From positions 11,222,001-11,286,000 of the forward strand of contig NC_045711.1 of NCBI RefSeq assembly GCF_009834535.1: a stretch of DNA of 64,000 nucleotides, in the 5' to 3' direction. This stretch comes from Camelus ferus. Its lineage: Eukaryota. Shown here piece by piece: positions 1 through 22,388 of this stretch (position 1 is its first letter; every line of letters begins with the position of its first letter). The notes beneath the pieces are model-generated. The model was given only the letters and a program-made list of their open reading frames with translations, did no database searches and was not told the origin of the DNA. Both the position numbers and the translations under genes were made by a program.

Positions 1-357
1 AGGCGGCCCAGCAGGGGCCTGTGGTGGTGAGCCCTGCTAGCGACTACAAGGACAAGTACAGCCACCTTATTGGCAAGGGGGCGGCCAAGGATGCAGCCCA
101 CATGCTACAGGCCAACAAGACCTACGGCTGTGGTGAGGCCCCGGTGGGGGCTGGGAGGGCAGGGGACAGGAGCACAGCATGGGGGGAGGGGAGGCCAGGC
201 CAGAGCACAGGACTCCTAGGCCCTCCCACCCTCCCCTCTGCCCCCAGTGCCCGTGGCCAACAAGAGGGACACACGCTCCATTGAAGAGGCCATGAATGAG
301 ATTCGAGCCAAGAAGCGTCTGCGGCAGAGCGGGGAAGAGTTGCCACCTACCTCCTAG
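1..357 (+). CDS. SPAG7: SPAG7, last two coding exons (<1..132, 248..357); gene starts upstream of the window
   Basis: Spliced translation ...[79 protein letters not shown] matches the SPAG7 C-terminus as recalled. GT donor at 133, AG acceptor at 246-247, TAG at 355-357, AATAAA at 657-662. Confidence 0.95.
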
Positions 358-528
358 GGACCCCAGCTCCCTGGGGCAGGGCAGGGGGCAGGCAGGGATG
401 AGGCTGCTGCTATTAGAATCCATCCTGGAACCCCACCTCTGAACCACCTCCTAACAGCTATTGCTCAGGCTGGGGGAAGCAGGTGTTTGATTTGTCACTG
501 TTGGAGCTTGGATATGTATGTGGGTGGG

Positions 529-571
529 TGTGTGTGTGTGTTTTGTGTGTGTGTGTGTGTGTGTCTGTGTG
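529..571. repeat. Interrupted (TG)n microsatellite in the SPAG7 3' UTR
   Basis: Two (TG) runs separated by a short T tract, read directly from the sequence. Confidence 0.95.
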
Positions 572-799
572 AATACACAGGTGGGTATTTAATCTGTATT
601 ATTCTCCATTCTCCCTGGAATTTTCTTCCCCGTGGGGCTGGGGTTACTTTACATTCAATAAACACTGTTTGACCCAATGTCTTGGTTTGTCTGAACAGAG
701 AAAGGCGGGTCCCGGAGAGGAAGAGAAACAATTATACATTGAACAGTATAAAATTGCTTTTGTGGCCAAAGATGGCCAAACATTGGCACTTTAATAGAG

Positions 800-1010
800 C
801 ACAGTCGCTACAGCCAAATGGCCTAGCTCTGGATCCTGACTCTGCCACTTACTGTTACCTTGAGTAAGGTATTTTATCTGTTTGTGTCTCAGTTTCCTTA
901 GTAAAACAGAGATAATAATGGTATCTATCTGATAGGATGTCTCAAAGATTACCCAGGTCAGTCTCTGTCAGATATTTAGAACAGTTCCACATCCACAAAG
1001 CTCCACAGAA
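800..1010. mobile_element. MIR-type SINE fragment between the SPAG7 and ENO3 poly(A) sites
   Basis: ggatcctgactctgccacttact...gtctcagtttcctt...gtaaaa...ataataatgg resembles the MIR core. Boundaries approximate. Confidence 0.65.
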
Positions 1011-1455
1011 ATGGTGGCTGATCCGGTCATCACTCATCCTCAACAACCAGGAGCACTCAGACTTCGACACTGCAGTGCCCTCTGCAGACCGTGTACTTCT
1101 GCTTATGGGCAGATCTGATCCAGCTTCCCCCAGCTTCCCCCTTGTGGTGATGTCAGGCCCTCAGTCCCCTACCCTGCTCTCCTGGAGCTGGTTCAGTGTC
1201 TGTGATTTCCTCTTCAGTTTCATTTCATATGGCAACTGCTTCCCCCAGCCTCCTTCCAAAATGTGAGCATCATTGTTCTAGATGCAGCCTGATTTCCTCT
1301 CTGACTAGTCCCTCACTCCCCTCTTGTCCCAGCGGGTTCTCCCCTCTGTCCTCCCCTGCTGCCCCCACCTCTCCACCTCTTGTCTCATCCAGCCCAGAGA
1401 CCAGATCTCCTCCCTCCTACAAATGAGCAGGCCACTGCCTCAGCTGGCACCAGTG

Positions 1456-1461
1456 TTTATT
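1456..1461 (-). terminator. ENO3 polyadenylation signal
   Basis: TTTATT on + (AATAAA on -) about 60 nt after the ENO3 stop codon. Confidence 0.85.
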
Positions 1462-1521
1462 TCAGAGGGAAGGGCTTGAAGGCCTAGGTCTCTCCTGGAG
1501 GGTGCTGGGGCCTCCAGCTTC

Positions 1522-5660
<4,139 letters not shown>

Positions 5661-5769
5661 GGCTGCAGGGCAAGAGGTGTGAGTGAGGGAGGACAGTTGA
5701 TCCCTTAAGGAACCCCAAGTCCCTTGCCCTTTAAGAGTCTTCTCTACCCCAAGAAGGCAGGTGCTGCAG

Positions 5770-5830
5770 CTAAAAATATCCTACAAAAAGGTCACAGACC
5801 AAAGTGGCAGGCGCAGCCCCCTCCCCCACT
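5770..5830 (-). promoter_or_regulatory. ENO3 intron-1 muscle enhancer (MEF2-like AT-rich box plus G-rich BEE-1 box)
   Basis: CTAAAAATAT at 5770-5779 is a one-mismatch MEF2 site. AGTGGGGGAGGGGGCTGCG on - at 5812-5830 matches the G-rich element described for the human ENO3 intronic enhancer, as recalled. Confidence 0.8.
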
Positions 5831-6301
5831 CATAACAGCTCCTATTCCACCCTCCCATCTTAAGAATCCGGGGGCCTCTCTTTTACAACTCCTCTTCGAG
5901 TCCACCACTCACCGAACCCCACCTCCCGCAAAGCTGCACTCACGCCTTCTCCCCTCACCCTCTGGTCAAGCACTCCAATCTCCATGGCTTCCCAGCCCAC
6001 AAATCCTCTCCTGTTATTCTAGTTCTCATTTTCCTGCTCCTCAGCCTTCTCCAAATCCTCAGGAACCCTAAGTTTCCCCACCTGGCTCCAACTTTAACTA
6101 CCCTTCTCAGTTGTCTCTGCCTGCCTCTCTTTAGTCTCATTGCCTTATTCCTGGGTACCCGCATCCTGCTCCAACCCCTCCCATCTTCTCAAGCACCCCC
6201 AGTCCCACGAGAAAAAAAAGAGCTAACATTTCCCTTACCTTCTCCAAGCCAGCACACCTTCACCCTTTACCACCCTCAACCCCTGGGGCTGGAAGACTCA
6301 C

Positions 6302-6579
6302 CAGACCTGGGATGTCTTCGCTGGGCTCCGAGTCTAGGTTGCAGCTGGGACAGTGTCAGCTCATCCCCTCTCAGGCTGCGCATTTATCCCTGAGCCACCC
6401 TGTACCCCAGCCAGCCCCGCCTCTCCCTCTCCATCCGCCCCCTCCAGCCAGGCTGGCAGCCAAGTGCCCACTACAGCCTAAAGCAGAAGCCTTTGGCCTT
6501 GGGCACCTGCCCCCTTCCCAAAAGTCAATGACTAGCCCCTGCTTTCTTTCTACTCACCAACGAAAGTCCTTATTTTTAA
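6302..6579 (-). promoter_or_regulatory. ENO3 non-coding exon 1 and muscle promoter
   Basis: Donor TCTG|GTGAGT at 6302/6301, TATA-like ATAAAT at 6387-6382 about 25-30 nt upstream of a plausible start near 6357, and MEF2-like TTAAAAATAA at 6579-6570. Confidence 0.7.
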
Positions 6580-9162
6580 TTCTACCCTTGGGGAGAAGCA
6601 GGAAAAGGGCTTCAGAATGGGGGGTCTCTCCCCTCCCCGGGACTATATTCCTCTTTTGCAAAGGTTAAAGAGGAACTGGTGCCCTTTAGGAAAGGCCAGG
6701 GGTAACCTGAGCCCCGTAGGGCTGGGGAGGGGGCCTGGAAGAGGGGCTGCAGGATTGACATTCACACATGCTCAGCTCACTCGGCGGGCGGTTGCAGGGT
6801 GTCCTGTATCCTCACTGGGGGAAGGGGAAGGGGCAGGGGGTGCTGGGCCAGTTCTGAGCTCTAAAATTGAAGTCCCCACTAAGAAGGCGAGAGGGTCTCA
6901 CCTCTCAGGGTCCCCATAGCAGCCTCTCTCGGCTCCACCCCATCCTCCCTCTGGGCCAGCAAGGGGGATGGTGGAGGCAGGCAGACGAATTTAGACAGGC
7001 GCTTGGAGTTGGCGCGGCGCCCTACTGATAGCGCTGGGACAGCACTTATCGCCCAGGGTGAACTGTCAGGAGCCCTTTCCCCACCGAACGCCAGCGCTTC
7101 AGGGCTCAGTCCCGGTCCATCAATGAACGATGTTGAATCAGGAGTGAGAAAGATGAATGGATGGGAGGAGGGGGTGGCCCTACACAAGAGTCTGACGCTG
7201 GTCCGCAAGCAGCACTGCAGGGAAGTGGGTCTCTGCCCTCGGTGACTCTCTCGCCTCGGCGGGTCTGAGGGGAGTGTGGTCCGCCCCGACTTCGGCTGCA
7301 GCCGAGGTAGGGAGAGGAGGGCACACCGGGGCTCGGGCCAGCGGGCGAGGGTCACCGACGCCTCGGCTGGTCGCTCCCGACTCGGAGGACCCTCCCGCCG
7401 GCGCCTGAGCGGCCGGCGCCCGGTGACTCACCCCCGGGCCCTCTCCCGAACTTCCCTCCCCGCCCCGCCTGCCCCGTGGTGTCTGTCTCCCAGCCCCCAT
7501 CCCAGGATCCCTAACCCCCGTCTTCCATCTCGCCGTTCCCCTTCTTATCTCTGGCCGCTCCCTCTTGGGAGATTTCCACCCTGGGGTAGGGGGTGCGGCC
7601 GGCCAGAGGTCAGGAGATGGCGGGCGGGGAGCGCCGCCACGTGCCCGCTTGCGGCCCCGCCCGAGCCGATCAGTGACTCAGCCACGGCTGTCGAGGAACG
7701 TCGGCTCGGGGGGCGTTGGGCGCCCATGGGGCTTGGAGTGGCAGTGAAGGGACCGCGCCCCGCCGGGGAGGATGGGAGAGGAGCGAAGCCCCTTCCCGCC
7801 CGGGAAGCGCCCCTCCCCCGAGGGACCGGAAGCGGCCAAGCCCCTCAGCGGCCCGGGCGGCCAGCGGGGACTAGTTCACCTAAACCAGCCGCCGGTCCTG
7901 CCTAACCCGCTTCCCAGTGGGCAGCGAGCAAACTCATCGCACACAAGTTCTTAGCATAAGTTTTACTGACAAATAAGAAAAAAAAAAAAAAAAACGGGCC
8001 GAAGTAGAAGGGACTTTCCCCTTGTTGAAAAAGTTGCAATCTTGAAGCCTCGGTATTCTTCCGCCTTGAAAAATAGTCCTGCCCGTCTGGCCCCGCTGGC
8101 GCCGGGGCTCAGTGACCTCTGAAGAGAGGGGCCAAGGGGCACTGCGGGTAACCCAAACTGCTGACCTGGGGACGGGCGGGGCTAGGACATGGAGGTGAGG
8201 CCTGAGGCTGTAGCTGATCCAGCGCGAGGGATAATCCTCCTAGAGACGGGGTGGGCTTCGGAAAGTGCAACTTGTGCCGCCTGGGCAGATGCTAGTTGTA
8301 GAAGCGTCCCCGGTGGATGCCTTCAACTATGAAAACGGCCGGGGTATTTTGTCAAATTTCCCTTTACTCCCTTATTTCTTGAATAAATAAAATCAAGAGT
8401 GCAGAGCGGCAACGCGCACGCCTCGCCCGCGCCCCTTCCGCCCGGCGGGAGACACGTCCCCGGCCAGCCTGCCTTCGCATGGGGTCCAAATCTCTCCGGT
8501 CCCGCGCGCCCGGGCGCGCGCCCGGGAAGCCGGCCGCCGGCCCAACCTCCCCACGCGCTTTCCCTCCCAGCCCCGGCGCAGGCGCGGGCGCACGCGCCGC
8601 CGCCGCCGCCCGCCGTTCCTTCCCCCCGGCAGAGGTGGGGGAAGGGGAAGTCGTTCCGTTTAACCCTGAGTTCCCCAAACCCTCTTTAATTTGCTAAATT
8701 TGCAGCTTGCTAATTATTTCTCCTTTCACTTTCCTTCCTCCTTCTGACTCACTCTCTTTCCCTCCACCAAAGTCTGATTTTCTATGCGGAGTGGAGCGAG
8801 CCTTAACTCTAACCCACCCCCGCCCCTCCATCCTTTCACATCAATTTCCATCGAACTCTGCAAATTTTGCAATAGGGGGAGGGATTTTTTAAATTGTATT
8901 TGCAAAGTTCGGTATCTGGGCAGGGGAGGAGAGGGAGGGAGGGAATGGGGAGCAGGCCCCGCCCCCACCGCCCTTTGCAAATAAAAATCTAGGGGGGTGG
9001 GGAGGAGCAGGAAGTGGCGGTGCGAGAGCTGCTGCACAGCTAGCAGAGCCGCGGTCCGGACGGCAGCGCGTGCCCCAAGCTCTCCACCTTCCCCCGCCCG
9101 CCAGCCCGAGCCCAGCCCGCGGCCCAAGCAGNNNNNNNNNNNNNNNNNNNNNNNNNNNNNNN

Positions 9163-11655
<2,493 letters not shown>

Positions 11656-11713
11656 NNNNNNNNNNNNNNNNNNNNNNNNNNNNNNNCCACTGCTTTTGCA
11701 CCCCTCTCCTTCC

Positions 11714-11737
11714 CACACACACACACACACACACACA
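11714..11737. repeat. (CA)12 microsatellite in the PFN1 3' UTR
   Basis: Read directly from the sequence. Confidence 0.9.
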
Positions 11738-11898
11738 CCATTTTTATTTTTGGGACCATTACCCTACACCCTATATTGCTGCCAAAACCACATGGGCAGG
11801 GGGCCAGGGCTGGATGGACACCTCCCCCTACCCATACATACCCTTCCTGTGTGTGGTTGGAAAACTTTTTTGTTTTTTGGGTTTTTTTTTTTTTTCTG

Positions 11899-11904
11899 AA
11901 TAAA
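11899..11904 (+). terminator. PFN1 polyadenylation signal
   Basis: AATAAA after a T-rich tract, followed by GATTCTACTAACAA and a GT-rich downstream element. Confidence 0.9.
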
Positions 11905-12407
11905 AAAAGATTCTACTAACAAGGTGCTGTGTGGTTTTAGCCTGGGTGTCAGGATGGAGGACAGTCACCGGCCTGCCTCCATCCTGGTTTGGGAGTAGAA
12001 CAGGGCTGAGGTACTACAAAGTCTAGGAATTTGAGCTTCTTGCTTTCATGCCCAGGATTAAACATCTGCTTCAGGCCTACCTGGCCAGATGGCCCAGCCC
12101 TTCCACAATGACATATCCAGCCCTAGGTCCTCAGTGTGCTAGCTGAATTGGTGAATAATGGAACAGAGCCATCCAGACCAGAGAATGGGTCCAGGCCTGC
12201 GGGCAAGGCAGGGCCAGTTGAGTCATCATGTGGGTGGGGCTCCCCCTCTCTGAGTCACAACAAATGCCCGCTGGGGCTACCCCTGTGACTACAGGTTGGC
12301 CTCTCAGCACTCCCCTGCCCCTTTATAGCAGAACGGGGCAGTTTCCACCAAAGGATACGAAGTTCATCTGTGTGAGAATGATCTCACCCTTAGTCCACAA
12401 AAACAAT

Positions 12408-12413
12408 TTTATT
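12408..12413 (-). terminator. RNF167 polyadenylation signal
   Basis: AATAAA on - about 175 nt after the stop codon; convergent with PFN1. Confidence 0.75.
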
Positions 12414-12587
12414 AACCCAGTAAGTGAAGACCCCCATCCCTCTGCACCAACCCCCTCAAAAGGATGGAGTTGGGTAAGGGCGAGAGCTGGGGTGGAAATG
12501 TCTCCTATCTCCACACAGAAGCCTGGAGAGAGGAAGTGGGGCTGTGCAAATAGGTCACCAGAGGAGGGGGAGGTGGGAAAAAGAGTG

Positions 12588-16657
<4,070 letters not shown>

Positions 16658-16899
16658 CTAAATACCCCCAGGTCCCACCTCCCAGCTACATGGGGGCGCG
16701 GGGAAGGACCCCCGACTCGGGGAGTGAGATATCCAACCCGTTTAGTGGAGCTGGGAGGGAGACACTAACTATATCCTTCTCTGGTATACGAATAAAACGG
16801 AGAAAGAGAACGGAGGCAAGCACAGGTGACAGAAAAACTTCTGGAAGGGTGGGGGAGCTCAAGGAGGTGGGACTTCCGGCCAGGTGGGCCGTCTTCCCA

Positions 16900-17571
16900 T
16901 CCCCTGGAAAAGGGTTTCCGGCAAAGAAAGTCAGGCCGCTTCCAACATAGGACGCTCAAGATGAAAGACTTCCGGTCCTAAAAGACCAGTTAAAAGAAGG
17001 TTTAGAGGTGGAGGAAGTGCCTGTGGAGATGGAAGGAGCACGGAAGCTCCAGAAGACTACTAAGTCGTTTCCCCTCTAGTGCCCGAGATCCCACAGCTAC
17101 GGAATTTACAAACCTCTTTTCCTCCCTCTGGCCGCCGCCGCGGTACCTTCAAGTCTCGCGAGAGTCCTCACCACCCTTCCCTCCCACCTGCTAAAATCTC
17201 CCTGTATCTATCGCGAGAGACGGCCTAACTCTGGCTAGCCTCGCTCACTCGATCTCGCGAGATCTTCAAAAACCCTCTTCTCTTTTTTCCCGCGACTCCA
17301 GTTCGATAAAAATTGCGCCTATGTTCTGGCTTCCTAAATCAGCCCCACCCCTTCCTGCACCCATTCTTGAAGATCCTCCTTCAGCTCCGCCTTACTCCCG
17401 GCCGCCTTTGCGCTCGCGCCTGCGCCTGCGCCAACTTCCAGCTGGTGCCGGACCAGAGAGCCGGAGGGGCGTGCGCGCGCGCCCTCGCCCCTGTTGCGCG
17501 CGTGGTGTCACCTTGGGCGCGAGCGGGGCCGCGCGCGCACGGAACCGGGAGCCGAGGGCCATTGAGCGGCG
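16900..17571. promoter_or_regulatory. Bidirectional CpG-island promoter shared by RNF167 and SLC25A11
   Basis: The divergent ATGs are about 1 kb apart (16558 on -, 17572 on +). TCTCGCGAGA palindromes at 17154 and 17253, a variant at 17209, and NRF1-like GCGCCTGCGC at about 17416-17431. Confidence 0.85.
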
Positions 17572-19745
17572 ATGGCGGCGACGGCGAGTCCCGCGGCTGG
17601 AGGGATGGACGGGAAGCCCCGTACCTCCCCTAAGTCGGTCAAGTTCCTGTTTGGGGGCCTGGCAGGGTAAGCTCAGGCCCCAGGGATGGGACAGGAGGAG
17701 TAAGGGACGGGTGCAAGGAACTGGGCCTTGTTCATCTTTGGGTTTGTTGCAGTGAACCGAGCCGCCACGGGGTCAGCGCGGTCCCCATCGTATTGCGAGA
17801 TCCTTGATGGGCTGCCAGGATCTTTCCACCCATCGCAGGGCCCCTTCTGGGCTGCATGCCACCTGAGTTTCCCAACCCATTGCTTGGCTCTGTGGGGCTG
17901 TATGGGGTTCCAGGTCATCGCGTGCCTCTTACTGGACTATGTGGAGTCCCAGATCATGAATGCCCACCTATCCTCCCTGGGTTGGACTGCATGCCGTTCC
18001 AGGTCACTGTTTGACACCCTTGGAGCTGCATGGGGCACTTTCATTGGATGGCGTCTACTGGACCACTGAACTTTTCGGACCCATTGTTCTTGGTACCCGC
18101 AGAGACTTTTTCACACATTCCCACCGGCCTCCTGAACACCTAGTGGCATGGCTAGCCCTGCCCTTTGCGACCTCTTGTTGCCAGGCTCCATATCTGAGAC
18201 ACCTGGCCCTTGATTCCAACCCTGTCTTCCTTCAGGATGGGAGCTACAGTTTTTGTGCAGCCCCTGGACCTGGTGAAGAATCGGATGCAGCTGAGCGGGG
18301 AAGGAGCCAAGACACGAGAGTACAAAACCAGCTTCCATGCCCTCACCAGTATCCTGAGAGCAGAAGGGCTGAGGGGCATTTACACCGGGTACTGGGGCCA
18401 GAGGATGGGGGTAGGGTGTGGATTGGCAGCTCCAGACCTTGGCTTGATGCACCGATCCCTTCACTTCCCAGGCTGTCAGCTGGCCTGCTGCGCCAGGCCA
18501 CCTACACCACTACTCGCCTTGGTATCTATACCGTGCTGTTTGAGCGCCTGACTGGGGCTGATGGTACACCCCCTGGTTTTCTGCTGAAGGCCGTGATAGG
18601 CATGACTGCAGGTGCAACTGGCGCCTTTGTGGGAACACCAGCTGAGGTGGCTCTTATCCGCATGACTGCTGATGGCCGGTGAGTTCCAGGTCTGAGCCTG
18701 CCCCCAGCCCCATTCCCTGGAATCTAGAATGAAAGAATTAATTTTTTATCTTAGATCTAGAGCACAGCTTTCACCTTTTCACAGCGTTCTAGCCTCCCTT
18801 TCTTTGCTCTTGCGGGGGAAGGGCAGTCTATCCTGAACTTGGCCTCTCCCTGCCTTCCCACCAGGCTTCCAGCTGACCAGCGCCGTGGCTACAAAAACGT
18901 GTTTAATGCCCTGATCCGAATTGTCCGGGAAGAAGGCGTCCCCACCCTATGGAGGGTGAGTGAAGGGGCTGGAGACGGGGTATATCAGGGGGAGGAGTCA
19001 GGGCTGGGGTGTTTCTGACTCCTCCCCTACTCTGCCACCCCAGGGCTGTATCCCTACCATGGCTCGGGCCGTCGTCGTCAATGCTGCCCAGCTCGCCTCC
19101 TACTCCCAGTCCAAGCAGTTTTTACTGGACTCAGGTGAGACCCAGAGCTGGGCCCTCAGTTCCCAGCCTGGCCTGCACCAGCTCCGAGCTGACTGCCACC
19201 CCCTGCTCCGCTCTCCCCACCCCAGGCTACTTCTCTGACAACATCCTGTGCCACTTCTGTGCCAGCATGATCAGCGGCCTGGTCACCACTGCCGCCTCCA
19301 TGCCCGTGGACATTGCCAAGACCCGGTGAGTGTACTGACCTGGGCCTGGAGAGGGACAGGAGGACCCCTTATGTCTCTCACACCCCTGCCTCCTCTCCTT
19401 CAGGATCCAGAACATGCGAATGATTGACGGGAAGCCGGAATACAAGAATGGGCTGGTGAGGAAGCTGGGCTGGGGGCTCGGGCTGCAGGATTTGGCGCTC
19501 CAGGAGGGCGGTGTGGGGAGCTGGGTAAGAGGGGCAGGGCCTCAGAGGCCGGGTCCTAGCCCTAGCGCCCTGCCTGCCTGCCTGTCTAGGACGTGCTGGT
19601 GAANNNNNNNNNNNNNNNNNNNNNNNNNNNNNNNNNNNNNNNNNNNNNNNNNNNNNNNNNNNNNNNNNNNNNNNNNNNNNNNNNNNNNNNNNNNNNNNNN
19701 NNNNNNNNNNNNNNNNNNNNNNNNNNNNNNNNNNNNNNNNNNNNN
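17572..19745 (+). CDS. SLC25A11: Mitochondrial 2-oxoglutarate/malate carrier, 8 exons, 314 aa (most of the last exon lies in an N-run; stop position inferred)
   Basis: Exons 17572-17666, 18236-18388, 18472-18678, 18865-18955, 19044-19134, 19226-19325, 19404-19455 and 19590-(19745). Three carrier signature motifs: PLDLVKNRMQ, PAEVALIRMT, PVDIAKTRIQ. AATAAA at 20200-20205. Confidence 0.96.
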
Positions 19746-22388
19746 NNNNNNNNNNNNNNCTGGAGCCGCCGTGCTGGGGCTCCAGCTCGCCTGCTGCTCC
19801 TACAGTTAGTGCGCCCCCCCGGGGGCCTGGACTCTGCTGCCCTGGGCCCCTCTATTTATTTTCCCTCCACAGTGTGGTTCCCTCCTCTGCGGTCAAGGAC
19901 TTTGGTCTGTCCTACCCCTGCTCCAGCTTGCCCTCCTTGTCCTCATCCTCGTGATCTCTCTGTCCCTGGCTGTGCCTTGAAGGGGGAGCTGGGAAACTCC
20001 CTGTGGATTTCTGGCCTCCTCTTGGATATGAGTTTCAGGGCATGTAGGACAGCAGAAGACCCCCCCCCCCCCCCGTTCTCAGTGGAGAAACCAAGGCAGA
20101 GCTGAGGGAACAGAAGAGAGCAGAAGCTGTTCAGGGGGTCAGGGGTCTGCCGTGGGAGGACATGGCTCTTCCTCCCTTCACCTCGCTGAGGACATAATCA
20201 ATAAATTGGATTGATGACACCACCCCCAAATCTGGAGAGTTGTGGGGGCAGGAGAGGGAGGAGGCTGGAGAAAGAAGCAGATGCCCCTGGAGAACAGGAA
20301 CTGGAGTTTTTAAGAAACATTACTAAAGAAAAAGTACCCGTGGGTTTTATGCAAATATTATATAAATCAGTATTGCAGCAGCTGACATGAGTAAGGAAAA
20401 CCCAAGCTCCAGGCCCTGTCTGTGGCTTCCCAGCCACTAGCCCAAAAATGTGACAGACACCCAGTCATCTCCTATAATCCCTAGGAAAAGCCTCTGGGGT
20501 CTGCTGACTGCTTCTGCAGCCTCAGGAGGGAGGGAACAGAGTCTGAGAGGGGAAAGCTGACCTGCAGAGGGTAGAGTGGACGTAGAGTCAGGCTCCAAAG
20601 CCCAGAGGCTTGAGGAAAGGGAAGATGTTGGCCGGAGACTTGATCTGGGCTCCAGGCTGGGAAAAGTGACCGCCTTCTCCATTAGAAATCTCTTGGAGCA
20701 TAAAAGGACATAGGAAGGTCAATCGGAAGGAGGGCTTGGTGGCTTGAGGCCCGAAGGCTTCTCCCAAGCTAGGCCAGCGAACAGGCAGGCAGCAGGTGGG
20801 AGCTGTCCCCTTGGCAGAACCCCATCAGAAGGAGAGGTTGAGCTCAGCAGCCTGGTGGCGCTGCTGGGCCCTCCCACTGCCTCTTCTACCTGCTCCCTTC
20901 ACATGCGGGCCTGGGCCATGGTGGCCACTCAGAGCTTGAAGCCTGGACCTTGTCCTTAAGGAGTTCCAAGTTCAGAGGGGACTGTGACAGAGGGAAAGTG
21001 GGAGTGCAGCAGTTGGCCGTTGCGGGGTGACTTGGAGCACCGGGCCCAACCGGGGAGAGGAGGAATGCTGCACGGTAACAGACTGGTCTGGGAAGCAGGG
21101 GCAGCGCGCCTGGCAGAGGCTTAGAGGACAAACTCTGGGGAACAGGTGATTTCTGCTAAGTGTCTGCCTAGAGAGGGGAAGCTGGACTGCCAGGTGGGTT
21201 GGCGCACACAAGTCGTCGATTGCCGAGCTCCAGTTGTCTTCTGTCCGGGGAAGAGTACAAAGCAGGAGAGAGATGTGGTCAGGTTTTCAAGTTAGGAAGA
21301 TTCTTCCTGCACCGTCTGGAGGAGGGAGTCTCTGTGGAGCCAGGGAGGCTCAGCCCTTACTCCCATTCTCTAGACCCTACACCTTGGTTCAGGCAGGAGA
21401 CAAAGCAGGAGAGAGATCCAGCCACCGCCACGGTCAGGTGCAAGATCTGCAGCCGGGGGGACAAGTGGCCTCCACTTGTCTGTCCCCTGGCTTGACAGCA
21501 GGAAACCTGAAAGTAATTCCGTAAAACCCACCAAGATGGCTCACACAGCCAGGCCCTCTCCTCCACTGTCCTGCTGCCCCGGGCCAAGCAGGAGGGCTGC
21601 ATTTCTGACGCCGTCGGTGCCTGCAGGCACCCCCTGCATTCCTGGGTTCGCAGCCTGCCGGCAGGTAGCCCCAACAATGTCATTGAGCTCCTGGGAAACT
21701 TACGGTTCTTGAGCTGGAACTGGTGTTCGGGGTGGCCTGGTAAGGGGTGACCCCTGGAAGAGAAGAGGCACCCCAGGTGGGAGAAGTGGTGGCCAAGACT
21801 AGAGCTTTGAGGGTGAACAGTGCAACTAGGATGGGGCGGCTGAGGCCTCGGGAATACTAGTGACCAGTGCCCTAGCCACTGTTTCCCTCTTCAAAAGAAT
21901 CAAAATTCTATTTTAAAATTATTTTTTATTATACAAATAACATCTGATGGTGGAAAACTGGAAAATGCCAAACAGAGGAAAAGAAAAAACCACCCATGTT
22001 TATACCACCCAGAGACAATCAGGGCTCACATCTTGACAAAGCTCTTTCCAAGTTTTCTTCAACACACAGATACATGTGGGAAGCGTGCTCTGTTCTGTTT
22101 ATTAATGGCTTTTTCCTAAAATGTCCCCCAAGTGCTGGTAGTCACCTAGTGGTCTGGAAACCCTGCCTTGCAGCATAGGGAGCTCCCTTTGTTCTCTGAC
22201 CCACCCAACTCCATCTCACTGCCCCTCCTGATTTGCTGGGTCTGAGATTGTGGTGTGAAAATAAGGCTCCTGATAAAGGAAGAATAATTAAGGCCTCCCC
22301 CGATGCTGTGCTCTGTACCCACCCGCCCTGGCTGGATCCCAATAGGAAAGCCCGTCAGAGCCTCTCCAGGTCCTCCAACCACCTGCCC

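Noticed and set aside
17960-18682. 240-aa ORF as a separate protein
   Set aside because: It is SLC25A11 intron read-through joined to exon 3 in frame.
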